Source: Candidatus Micrarchaeota archaeon (GTDB lineage: Archaea > Micrarchaeota > Micrarchaeia > Anstonellales > Anstonellaceae). Taken from it: a DNA stretch of 64,000 nt. A model generated the notes under the pieces. That model did not search any database and was not told where the DNA came from. It saw only the letters and a program-made list of their open reading frames with translations. The stretch is from positions 2,201 through 66,200 of the forward strand of contig JAKAME010000001.1 in assembly GCA_021813025.1 (NCBI GenBank), written 5' to 3'. This document shows positions 55,963 to 64,000 of this stretch, piece after piece. The translations under genes were made by a program, and so were the position numbers. Position 1 is the first letter of the stretch; each line of letters begins with the position of its first letter.

Positions 55963-57045
55963 TCACACTTCAAATTCAAACATGTCGCCTTCCTTTTCCT
56001 TTAGGCGGATGAGGGCCTTGGCGACCTGCTCGTCTGTCAGATGCAGGCCCAGAGCGTCGGACAAATATCTTACCACGTTCTTGCCGGAATACTCGCCCAC
56101 CACCACGCGCCGGCGTATACCCAAAGAGGTTGGGGAGAAAGCCTCATAGGCCTTGCCATCGGTTCGCAGCACCGCGCCCAAGTGGGTTCCTCCCTTGTGG
56201 CGGAATACGTTTTCTCCGACTATGGGGCTGAAGGGGTCGGCCGGAAGGCCGGTGATGGATGAGAAAAGGCGCGAAAGCTTCGGAAGCTCGACTGCCTTCA
56301 TCTCGTTTCGCTGGCCATAGAGCACTTGGAGAGCCATAACCACTTCGGCCAAGCGCGGGATGCCTGCGCGCTCTCCCGCGCCGTTGATGGAGGCGTGGAT
56401 GCAGTCTGCTCCGGCTTCTATTCCAGCCAGCGAATTTGCAAGCGCAAGGCCCAAGTCATTGTGGCAGTGCAAATCTAGGCCAATGTTTGGAAGGGCGGCG
56501 CGCACGTGGCGGATGAGGGCATGCATGCTCGAAGGAGTCATGATGCCGACAGTATCAGTAATAGATATTCTATCCGCTCCCGCCTCGGCCGCCACTTTGG
56601 CAAACTGCATCAGCTCCTCCATGTTGGTTCTTGACGCATCCTCGCATGTGAAGCGCATTTTCACCCCATGGCTTTTGGCATACTCAATCATTTTTCGCGT
56701 CTGCTCCAAGGCAGCTTGCCTGTCCATGTGCAGCTTGTGCTCCAGATGAACCGGGGAGGTGGAGAGGTAGATGGCAATCCATTGGGGGTCGAATTTGAGC
56801 AGGAGGTCGATATCGGATTGGGTGGCTCTTCCGTGGAGGATGACATTGGAGCGGAAGCCTGCTTGCAAGAGGTCTTTGGCTGTCTGCTCGCTTCTCTGGC
56901 TCACTATTGGAGAGTATTCGATGAAATCCACACCCAAGGTGTTGAGGCCGTGGGCTATCTTGAGCGCCTGCTCGGGGCTGAAACGCACTCTTGTGGCCTG
57001 CGCGCCCTCGCGCAGGGTGGAATCTAGCACCAGAATGTTTTGCAT
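55963..57045 (-). CDS. Homocitrate synthase / 2-isopropylmalate synthase family (short form without LeuA regulatory domain)
   Basis: DTLREGAQ N-terminus. HxH metal motif LHCHNDLGLA. About 360 aa. Confidence 0.85.
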   Translation of the reverse strand: MQNILVLDSTLREGAQATRVRFSPEQALKIAHGLNTLGVDFIEYSPIVSQRSEQTAKDLLQAGFRSNVILHGRATQSDIDLLLKFDPQWIAIYLSTSPVHLEHKLHMDRQAALEQTRKMIEYAKSHGVKMRFTCEDASRTNMEELMQFAKVAAEAGADRISITDTVGIMTPSSMHALIRHVRAALPNIGLDLHCHNDLGLALANSLAGIEAGADCIHASINGAGERAGIPRLAEVVMALQVLYGQRNEMKAVELPKLSRLFSSITGLPADPFSPIVGENVFRHKGGTHLGAVLRTDGKAYEAFSPTSLGIRRRVVVGEYSGKNVVRYLSDALGLHLTDEQVAKALIRLKEKEGDMFEFEV

Positions 57046-57411
57046 AAGTTGGAATGAGGCTGGCTTTAATTAAATACTAAATGTTGCAGGTATAACAAAA
57101 TAAGATGAGGAGGAACGGACGGACTGATACCTTTTCGTTAGCCTGACCGACGGGGTTGTTTGGCTGATGACGAGTTTTGGACTAGTGAAACTTCGACACG
57201 CCCCTAAAAGAAAACGAAAGACGCGGAAATCATAGGAAACCACGGGAGAAAACCAGAACTGTTCGATAGTTTAAAACGTTCCTACTGCAATTTCTGTCAG
57301 ACTATGGATATCAAGATAACGCAGATAACCAAAATAGAGTGCAAACAGTGCGGGAAAACGAGATTGATAACAACAAGGATAAAATAACCTCAAGAACGGA
57401 TAAGTGATTGA

Positions 57412-58056
57412 ATGGCAAAAGTAATTGAAAAAAGAGAGGTAATAATCGCAGGAGTAGGTGCAGGTCGCATGATTTTATCCGAGATTGCAGACTGTGCGCA
57501 TGAATTCGGGGGCGGTAGATTACCTGCTGTATTGTATGATACACATATGGGAGGTATCGCGTGCGCCAAATCGCCGACTAAAGGCGTTTTAATCGGCAAA
57601 GAAATCTTTGGAGGGAGCGGTGCGTTTGGAGAAATTAAAAAATGCAGAATTTCCGCCTTAAAAGAACGGAAAAAGATTGGCGATGCAATTGCAGGTTCAA
57701 AAGTTGTAATCGTTGTGACATGTCTTGGAGGCGGCACTGGATCCGGCATTGCGCCGGTTGTGTGCGATATTGCAGGCAAACAAGGCGCATTTGTGATTGC
57801 GGTTGCCACTTATCCTGCGAAGTGTATCCCTAAGACATGGAAAAAATGCAGAGAGATGGCAGAAACAGGGCTGGATGGACTCAAAAAACATGCAGACGTT
57901 TTGATGATAGTGGATAGTGAAAAGATACGCAGGCATATGGAAAAAAATACCGAGTGGCCGGATTTGTGTTTGGTTTGTAATCGTATTGCGGCAAGGATGG
58001 TCTGGGACATATGCAAGGGTAAGGGCTTACAGCAAGTGTGGGATGCAAAGGATTGA
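57412..58056 (+). CDS. Tubulin/FtsZ-superfamily GTPase-domain-only protein (214 aa, lacks the C-terminal T7 domain)
   Basis: T1-like IAGVGAGRMILSEI. Tubulin signature VVTCLGGGTGSGIAPVV (GGGTGSG). FtsZ-like ADVLMIVDSEKI block. Confidence 0.5.
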   Translation: MAKVIEKREVIIAGVGAGRMILSEIADCAHEFGGGRLPAVLYDTHMGGIACAKSPTKGVLIGKEIFGGSGAFGEIKKCRISALKERKKIGDAIAGSKVVIVVTCLGGGTGSGIAPVVCDIAGKQGAFVIAVATYPAKCIPKTWKKCREMAETGLDGLKKHADVLMIVDSEKIRRHMEKNTEWPDLCLVCNRIAARMVWDICKGKGLQQVWDAKD

Positions 58057-58088
58057 CAACTGAGAAGGAAAATATCGAGGACAAGAAA

Positions 58089-58700
58089 ATGAACGACTCT
58101 GACGAAAATTTTTATAAATGCGGCACGCCCATGTCCAAACGGCATAATGAACGATGTAAAGAGTGCAAAACGCGGGTTTTCCAGCTACTATGTGGGCTAT
58201 TCGGAGAAGTAAAACGTGAGCATAATTTGGGGATTAGCAGCGGTTTAGATTCGTTCGAGCATTCCACAAACTATGCTCACTTGAGTAACATCCTCCATAT
58301 GCTTCAGGAATATCGTGGCTACAACAACTTCGTCAGAAGAAGGCGGATGACCAATGTGGATTTTTTTGTTCCCGCCCACGGGCTTATCGTTGAATTCGAT
58401 GAATCCCAACACTTCACTAAACCCCGTCAAATCGCGTTAGATAACTATCCTGCCGACCTCAAACTTGGATTTAATCGGAAACAATGGGTTGAACGATGCG
58501 TGCATCTGCATAAGACGGACAACGACCCGCCCTACCGCGACGAGACACGGGCATGGTATGACACATTGAAGGACTTTGCGCCGTCAATCCTCGATTTGAA
58601 GCCTACCGTTCGTTTATACTCCAAAGATTGTGTTTGGTGCGAATTGGATCTGGGGAATAGCGGAAACATAGCGGAGTTCAAGAGGAGGTTGGGCGTATGA
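58089..58700 (+). CDS. Zinc-ribbon protein with Vsr/DUF559-like (PD-(D/E)xK-related) nuclease-fold motif
   Basis: YKCGTPMSKRHNERCKECK zinc ribbon. VDFFVPAHGLIVEFDESQHF resembles the D...(I/V)E(V/F)DGxxH core of restriction-endonuclease-like proteins. Start ambiguous (58038 or 58089). Confidence 0.4.
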   Translation: MNDSDENFYKCGTPMSKRHNERCKECKTRVFQLLCGLFGEVKREHNLGISSGLDSFEHSTNYAHLSNILHMLQEYRGYNNFVRRRRMTNVDFFVPAHGLIVEFDESQHFTKPRQIALDNYPADLKLGFNRKQWVERCVHLHKTDNDPPYRDETRAWYDTLKDFAPSILDLKPTVRLYSKDCVWCELDLGNSGNIAEFKRRLGV

Positions 58701-59530
58701 AATGCGCAGTGGTTTCATTTATTATGCATGTAGATGGCGGAACTTCAAGCAAGCCGAAACGCGCTGGCAAAGCCAAACGCGGAAATAGGACGCCGAACAA
58801 CGCTGACCTCGTGTTGGAAGTTTTAGAAAAGACCAAAGATTTAGCGATGGTTCTATTCTCAGGCTGGACGCTTGATAATGAAAACGAGTTGAATCGCGTG
58901 ATTGATGGCCTCCACGCGCCTCATCCGACATTCATTTTAGAAGTAGGTAGCGGATACGATACAAACGACAATCCACATTCTCCAGCAGGTTTTTACGTGA
59001 TTCAAGATGGCAAACTCAAACTCAATAAGGTGAAACAGTGGTTTGCTACGAGCGAAGAAGCCAACCGTAATGAAAAAAATCTTATAGAAAACTATCTGAC
59101 TACGCTAGAAAAAGATAGATGTTTTAGTGTCGATGGTAAGCGAGTTCGTCTGATTATCTGTGGTGAGAATAACGTCCTCCGAAACGAACAATCTCATAAT
59201 AACAAAGTTTATTGCCGAGCGGAAGACAAAGAATCGCAGACAAAGCTGGAATCGATACTTAACGACACCGACATCTTCATCAACCCGGCTCACACGCCGA
59301 TGGGCAACTTGGGAAAGATGAAAAAACGCTGGAAGTTCTTGAGTGAAACCAACAGGGTGCTATTGTTCGTAACTAACGAGTGCGCGAAGGCAGGAGTGAA
59401 AAATTTCGAGCCAAACTTATCCAAGCAGTCGCTCAAGTACGCATTTATCAACGGAAAAGAAACTGAATTCTCGAAATTGGCGTCTGGGAAACAATATCAA
59501 ATATCACAGGTTGATATTCCGACAAATTGA
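58697..59530 (+). CDS. Hypothetical protein (277 aa) of the island operon
   Basis: ATGA-coupled to the upstream gene. No family recognised. Confidence 0.45.
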   Translation: MKCAVVSFIMHVDGGTSSKPKRAGKAKRGNRTPNNADLVLEVLEKTKDLAMVLFSGWTLDNENELNRVIDGLHAPHPTFILEVGSGYDTNDNPHSPAGFYVIQDGKLKLNKVKQWFATSEEANRNEKNLIENYLTTLEKDRCFSVDGKRVRLIICGENNVLRNEQSHNNKVYCRAEDKESQTKLESILNDTDIFINPAHTPMGNLGKMKKRWKFLSETNRVLLFVTNECAKAGVKNFEPNLSKQSLKYAFINGKETEFSKLASGKQYQISQVDIPTN

Positions 59531-59650
59531 CCCATAAACGAGAGCAGCCCTAGGGACACCTCCCTCATTTCCGCGTCTTGGGCTGTTTTAGGCGTTTTTC
59601 GCGTAGCTCAGGCAGACGAGTTCTCTCCTAACGGACGGACTGCCATCCCT

Positions 59651-60730
59651 TCATCTCTTATACACGCAAATCACGTCCCCGTCTTGAAGAACGTGGTCCA
59701 ACCCGGCCTTTTGCCCCGGAAATTTGGCGGACGGCCCCCACACCTGCGCGTAGCGGAACAGCTTCTTCAAATCCCGGTGCAGCCGCTCGCACGCATCCCC
59801 GACGTTGGAGCCTGCGCGCATCATCATGGGGGTGGAATCGGCATCCTCATTTCTGCGTTTGGTGTAGATGCGAATGAGCTGCAGTTTCTCCCATATTTTC
59901 TCCTTAAGCTCCTCCACCCCCTGATTTTTCTCTGCGGAAAGCGGCACGAAGCCGTAGGGAATTGCCTTGAGGAACTGCGGCTGGACCAAGTCGATTTTGT
60001 TGAGAAGGGTAATCGAGGGAGTGTATTTGCGCGAGCCTTCCAGCACGTCGATGAATTCATCAACAGTTGCATCCTGGCGAAGCATCACTTCGGCGTTGTG
60101 GATGCCCTGCTCGTGCAGAATAGCGATAATCATGCGCTCGTTCAGGTGCGTGAGCGGCACGGTGGCATGTATGTTGACGCCTCCGCGCAGCTTGGGATGC
60201 ACCAGCAGGTTGGGCCTTGACTTGTCCACGCGTATGCCGATGCCCTCAAGCTCCTCAATCAGCTTGGGCCGATAGAGAGGGTCGAATACGTCGAGCAGGA
60301 GCAGGATGAGGTCTGCGTTTCGCGCCACCGCTAAAACTTCCTTGCCACGCCCGGAGCCCTCTTTCGCGCCTGCAATAATGCCGGGCAGGTCCAGCAGCTG
60401 GATTTTCGCGCCCCGATAATCCAGGGCGCCGGGCACCACGGTCAGGGTGGTGAAGTGGTAGGCCGCAGTCTTGGATTTGGCGCCGGTGAGCGCGTTGAGA
60501 AGGGTGGATTTGCCGGTTGAGGGCAGGCCGATGAACACCACTGTTGCGTCGCCTGACTTCTTGACGTCAAACCCGCCTGTCTGCAATCCTGATTTCTTGG
60601 GGGCGGAGATGGCTTTCTTCAGGTGGGCTATTTTGGACTTGAGGATGCCGATGTGGAATTCGGTGGCTTTGTTTTTCTGGGTGCGGGCCAGCTCGTCCTC
60701 TAGCTCCTTGAGTTTGTCGGCAGAACCCAT
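59651..60730 (-). CDS. DRG/Obg-family GTPase with C-terminal TGS domain
   Basis: G1 GLPSTGKSTLLN, G3 DLPGII, G4 NKID. TGS-like C-terminus. Confidence 0.85.
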   Translation of the reverse strand: MGSADKLKELEDELARTQKNKATEFHIGILKSKIAHLKKAISAPKKSGLQTGGFDVKKSGDATVVFIGLPSTGKSTLLNALTGAKSKTAAYHFTTLTVVPGALDYRGAKIQLLDLPGIIAGAKEGSGRGKEVLAVARNADLILLLLDVFDPLYRPKLIEELEGIGIRVDKSRPNLLVHPKLRGGVNIHATVPLTHLNERMIIAILHEQGIHNAEVMLRQDATVDEFIDVLEGSRKYTPSITLLNKIDLVQPQFLKAIPYGFVPLSAEKNQGVEELKEKIWEKLQLIRIYTKRRNEDADSTPMMMRAGSNVGDACERLHRDLKKLFRYAQVWGPSAKFPGQKAGLDHVLQDGDVICVYKR

Positions 60731-60817
60731 GAGAGAATGAAGCGGTGGGGGAATAAAAATCAGGCGGGAGAGGAAAATCTGGCCAGAGAGGCTCGGGTTT
60801 CTGAGGTGGAGGACAGC

Positions 60818-61501
60818 TCAGGATTTGGAGGTAGTCACAATATCGTGCACCAGCGCACCGGCCTCCACTAACACCCCATTACTGAGGTCGCGCCAGTTGC
60901 CGACGAAGACCTCCCAGCCGGCACCAGATATGTTGTCATAGCCGGCACTGCGCCCAAGCGAGCCGAATTCGCTCCGGAATGAACGGTAGAGAGCATTTGT
61001 GCCAAAAGGACGCGAAGCCTGGCTTCCAGGCATACCTTCAACTGCGGAAAACCACCCTTTTGTTTGGGGTTGGTTGGCATAGAATTTGAGGAACTGGCGC
61101 CTATCCGCTGTGAATTCCTTGGAGACGAAAAGGCCAAAGTCGACGACGCAGATAGAAGGGTTGATAACCAAGAGGGGGTTCTGGGCCTTCAGCTCGTCTG
61201 GAGTGAGGACTTTCTCTGCATTGGGCAGGTGGAAGTCACCACCATTGCCGCGCACGGTGAGAGTGCCAGTCTTGGTGTTGATGGACTCACCCAAAGGCTT
61301 TTCGGTGTTGACCGAGAAACCCATAAAGAGAGGCATTTTGAGCGCTTTGAGTGCTTCGGGATTCTGCTGGGCGAACCGCTGCACTTCGGCCGGACCGAGC
61401 ATCTTTTCGAAGAATTTTTTCCCAGAGGTGTCGAAGGCAGTGATGCCTTTGATCAAATCGACCCCAGAAGCAACGCGCTGGGTTCGGAAGTTTAAAGCCA
61501 T
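60818..61501 (-). CDS. Hypothetical protein
   Basis: 227-aa ORF with good coding appearance. No family recognised. Confidence 0.5.
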   Translation of the reverse strand: MALNFRTQRVASGVDLIKGITAFDTSGKKFFEKMLGPAEVQRFAQQNPEALKALKMPLFMGFSVNTEKPLGESINTKTGTLTVRGNGGDFHLPNAEKVLTPDELKAQNPLLVINPSICVVDFGLFVSKEFTADRRQFLKFYANQPQTKGWFSAVEGMPGSQASRPFGTNALYRSFRSEFGSLGRSAGYDNISGAGWEVFVGNWRDLSNGVLVEAGALVHDIVTTSKS

Positions 61502-61616
61502 AGATACATCTCACTTGACGTAATTATTGTGTATTTTTGTGTTTAAATAAGTATCTGTGAAGCGACGGATGGGTGAGAGATTTAACAAGCTTAAGACCGG
61601 CCTCGAAGAGAAGCCC

Positions 61617-63980
61617 CTAGTTTTGGCTCTCTTCGCCAGCCGGTTCTTCGCTCGGGGCGGCTTCCTCCTCTTCTGCTTCCAGAACTTCGTCAGCTTCGAG
61701 AGGAGTTGATTTTGAGGCACGGGCGCGGGGCGCATTGTCTTGGCCGGATGGCGCAGGAACCGGCCGGCGGGCGGATTTTGCAGGAGCTGCCTTTTGCGCC
61801 GAAGCAGATGCCCCCGTTTTCTTTGTTTTTTTCTCCTGTCCGGTTGTTTGCGCAGTGGTTTCGCGCTCTTTCAATTCATCCGCCAGAATCTGGCTGAACT
61901 CGCCCACCAGCAGCTTGTCATAGGCGCCCCAGTCCGGCTCCTGCCCGGAATGCTCTTTCAAAATCCGATTCGCTGCCATGAGGCATTTGAGCACGAAGTC
62001 AAGCTCTATGAGGGCAGGCTCGTCATAATCCACAGAGGCATGGTAAATCAGGTCATAGAGCTTGCCTTTGTAGAATGCCTCCATGACATAGTCTTTCGCA
62101 GGCAGGCCGGTCTCGTCGGCGCGCCTCTGCAATGCGGGCGGGACGAACTTGAGCTTGAGGCGTCTGGCAATTGAGCCCAAATCGGCGTTGTAGAGCTCCT
62201 GCGCGCTTGCTTCAGGCAAATCGCAGAACAGGCATTGCAGGCGCGTGGAGGCAAGGTCCTCGCCGCGGTGCAAATCAAACACCTGCGCATACTGCCGCTT
62301 GTCCAAATCAGTCTCGTATTGGAAGCCCAGCATGCGGTAGACGCGCGACTTGCGGCCAAAGCGCACTTTCTTCAAAAATGAGTAGCGGTCGGTTGAATAC
62401 ATCGAGGCCGCAGGCATGCCGAACACCAATTCCAGGCGGTCCTGGATGTCTTTCAATGACTGGGCGTGAAGGTTGTAAAGCAAAAAGATGCCCGGCTGGG
62501 TGTTGAGCATGTTGATGACTCCCTGAATGGCGGTGCGGGAGCGTATTTCGTTGATAATGACGCAGGCGTCTCCCATGCGCAAAGACGCGTTGGTCATTGA
62601 AACTAGGTCAAGCTCGGAGCTTGTCTGCTGGGTTTCCTCATGCTCTGAGGAAGCCACGCGGATGGCGCCAATGTGGAAGCCGCGCTTGCGGTAGGCGCGG
62701 GTGGGGATTTCCTCTATGTCCTGAATCGGCAGGATGCGCCGATGCAGGCCGATGGCAGAGATTTTGGCTGAAGTAAAGGCCGTTTTGCCCACGCCTTTGA
62801 GGCCCAGCACCGCTTCCGAGCAGCCCAAGCCCACCATGACGTCGTCATAACCTGCGAAGAAGGGGGTGAAGGAGGAGTATTTGAGGTATTCGGCATAGGT
62901 GAAGGGCTGCTCTTTCATCAGCCTTAGCGCAGCCTGCAGTTCGCCGAATGTGGCTGGCGGGCGCTGGAGATGGCAGCGCATTGCAAGCCTTGTGAGCACG
63001 ATGTCGATTACCGGGTTGTCTTTGTCGAATTTGCGCCCGCCCCCTAATGAGATGACGATGTTGCGGAAAGCGCGCTCAAGCATTTCCGGCGAATACTGCC
63101 ACAAGGTGTGGCAGAGGCCGAACTTCTGGTGCTCGACATAGATTGGCGCATTGGGCGCGTCGATATAGACATCGGTGAGATTGTCGCGGTCCATTGCCAG
63201 GTTTTCCAGCGGGGAGCCAAGGCCCACTGTCCACGCAGCAGCTTCGCGGCCCATTGCAAGAGCCTGCTCTGAAGTGATTTGGATGTTCTTGAGCTGGGCC
63301 TGGTCTATGAAATGCTGGCGCAGGGTGCGCATCTTCGAGTCAAAGATTGTGGTGTAATCAACGGTTTCCTTGACAGCCTTGAGCTCGTCTGTTATGGTGT
63401 CCTGAAGCAGGGTGACAAGCGCCGGCGGCAGGCTTTCGATTATGGGATTGCGCAAAGAGTAGAGGTAGGCTTCTGAGCCGGGAGCCTCGTAGATTTCCAC
63501 CTGCACCCCATAGGGCAGCTCGTATTTGCCGCCCTCCAGCAGTTTGGCGCCGGCCGGGATGGTCTTGAGGAAGGTTTGTGAGTATGGCATGGCCTTGAGG
63601 CTGAGGAGCGAGAGGAACACCTGGCGCAAATCCTCCTCTTTTGAGGCAAGGGAATACATGCGGCTCTGCTGGTAGGCCGCGAGGATTCCATTCACCCACC
63701 CGCGGAAGGTGCGCCACCCTTCCACGAACACGGCGCGCTCTGGGGAGGCTTCCTCGTATTCGCGCAGCACTCTGGCCGCCTCCACCGGGCTTTGGAACAT
63801 TGACTCGTAGAAATCCTTGAGCAGCTTCTGGCGGCTTCTGTACTGCTCGTCCTGCTCATGGCCATAGACTTTGGGGTCGAGCATGATTTGCTCCACTTGG
63901 CGTATGATTGCGACATATTCCCAGAAGATGGCCGACTTGTCCTCGTCCAAGTCTATGATGACTTCCTCCTCATAGCGCAT
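61617..63980 (-). CDS. Large secretion-ATPase-superfamily (FlaI/VirB11/GspE-like) protein with atypical Walker A, about 470-aa N-terminal region and acidic/lysine-rich C-terminal tail. 5' end may extend beyond the window
   Basis: Walker-A-like GLKGVGKTAF. GEIR-box analogue ACVIINEIRSR. His-box-like NTQPGIFLLYNLHAQS. No in-frame stop between the annotated Met and the window edge. Confidence 0.5.
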   Translation of the reverse strand: MRYEEEVIIDLDEDKSAIFWEYVAIIRQVEQIMLDPKVYGHEQDEQYRSRQKLLKDFYESMFQSPVEAARVLREYEEASPERAVFVEGWRTFRGWVNGILAAYQQSRMYSLASKEEDLRQVFLSLLSLKAMPYSQTFLKTIPAGAKLLEGGKYELPYGVQVEIYEAPGSEAYLYSLRNPIIESLPPALVTLLQDTITDELKAVKETVDYTTIFDSKMRTLRQHFIDQAQLKNIQITSEQALAMGREAAAWTVGLGSPLENLAMDRDNLTDVYIDAPNAPIYVEHQKFGLCHTLWQYSPEMLERAFRNIVISLGGGRKFDKDNPVIDIVLTRLAMRCHLQRPPATFGELQAALRLMKEQPFTYAEYLKYSSFTPFFAGYDDVMVGLGCSEAVLGLKGVGKTAFTSAKISAIGLHRRILPIQDIEEIPTRAYRKRGFHIGAIRVASSEHEETQQTSSELDLVSMTNASLRMGDACVIINEIRSRTAIQGVINMLNTQPGIFLLYNLHAQSLKDIQDRLELVFGMPAASMYSTDRYSFLKKVRFGRKSRVYRMLGFQYETDLDKRQYAQVFDLHRGEDLASTRLQCLFCDLPEASAQELYNADLGSIARRLKLKFVPPALQRRADETGLPAKDYVMEAFYKGKLYDLIYHASVDYDEPALIELDFVLKCLMAANRILKEHSGQEPDWGAYDKLLVGEFSQILADELKERETTAQTTGQEKKTKKTGASASAQKAAPAKSARRPVPAPSGQDNAPRARASKSTPLEADEVLEAEEEEAAPSEEPAGEESQN

Positions 63981-64000
63981 GGTCTTCCAAGGCTTGTCAA

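Larger units (their letters stand above)
57114..59642 (+). mobile_element. AT-rich 2.5-kb inserted island bounded by perfect 13-bp direct repeats aacggacggactg, with three co-directional genes
   Basis: Repeat copies at 57114-57126 and 59630-59642. Visibly lower GC than the flanks. No integrase or transposase inside. Confidence 0.55.

Noticed and set aside
55963-57045. Calling the LeuA-family enzyme specifically homocitrate synthase
   Set aside because: Short-form LeuA/CimA/HCS cannot be distinguished by eye. The HCS assignment rests on LysW-cluster context only.

Overview
This 64-kb window is a high-GC (roughly 60%) archaeal chromosome segment with tight operons and mostly sharp gene boundaries. 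The archaeal assignment rests on a eukaryote-like translation operon (S19e, L39e, L31e, eIF6, LX, prefoldin alpha, FtsY), an intron-containing tRNA, a LysW carrier-protein amino-acid pathway and archaeal PheT.

Content by region:
- 0-16 kb: a surface-glycan locus. It encodes a legionaminic-acid-type nonulosonic acid pathway (PseB/LegB-like dehydratase, DegT aminotransferase, NeuC-like epimerase, NeuB-like synthase, NeuA-like CMP-transferase) plus a formyltransferase, a fused HisF-HisH amidotransferase, GT4 glycosyltransferases, a Wzx-like flippase, an epimerase and an oxidoreductase.
- 16-25 kb: a LAGLIDADG-like ORF, an AT-rich hypothetical gene, a HEAT-repeat protein, tRNA-Ala, a RecJ-like DHH phosphoesterase, a sequon-rich secreted protein, PyrBI, an intron-containing tRNA, and a TnpB element next to tRNA fragments.
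- 26-33 kb: the ribosomal/translation operon.
- 33-43 kb: PheT, then an uncharacterised operon (membrane protein, HerA/DUF87 ATPase, coiled-coil wHTH protein), then a LysW-like zinc ribbon with a class-I aminotransferase, and transketolase.
- 44-57 kb: a complete LysW-mediated alpha-aminoadipate lysine pathway and an ornithine/arginine module (two LysW, two LysX, ArgBCDE, ArgF, homocitrate synthase, homoaconitase, HICDH). A second TnpB insertion interrupts it.
- 57.1-59.6 kb: an AT-rich island bounded by perfect 13-bp direct repeats. It carries a three-gene operon headed by a tubulin/FtsZ GTPase-domain-only protein.
- 59.6-64 kb: a DRG-type GTPase, a hypothetical protein, and a large secretion-ATPase-superfamily protein.

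The 57.1-59.6 kb island is the best candidate for an undescribed system. Other observations: tRNA-fragment-containing direct repeats bracketing 12.4-24.1 kb, a possible tRNA-Ile(UAU), and lysine/glutamate-rich C-terminal tails on L31e and a flavin-reductase-like protein. No CRISPR array or rRNA was seen.
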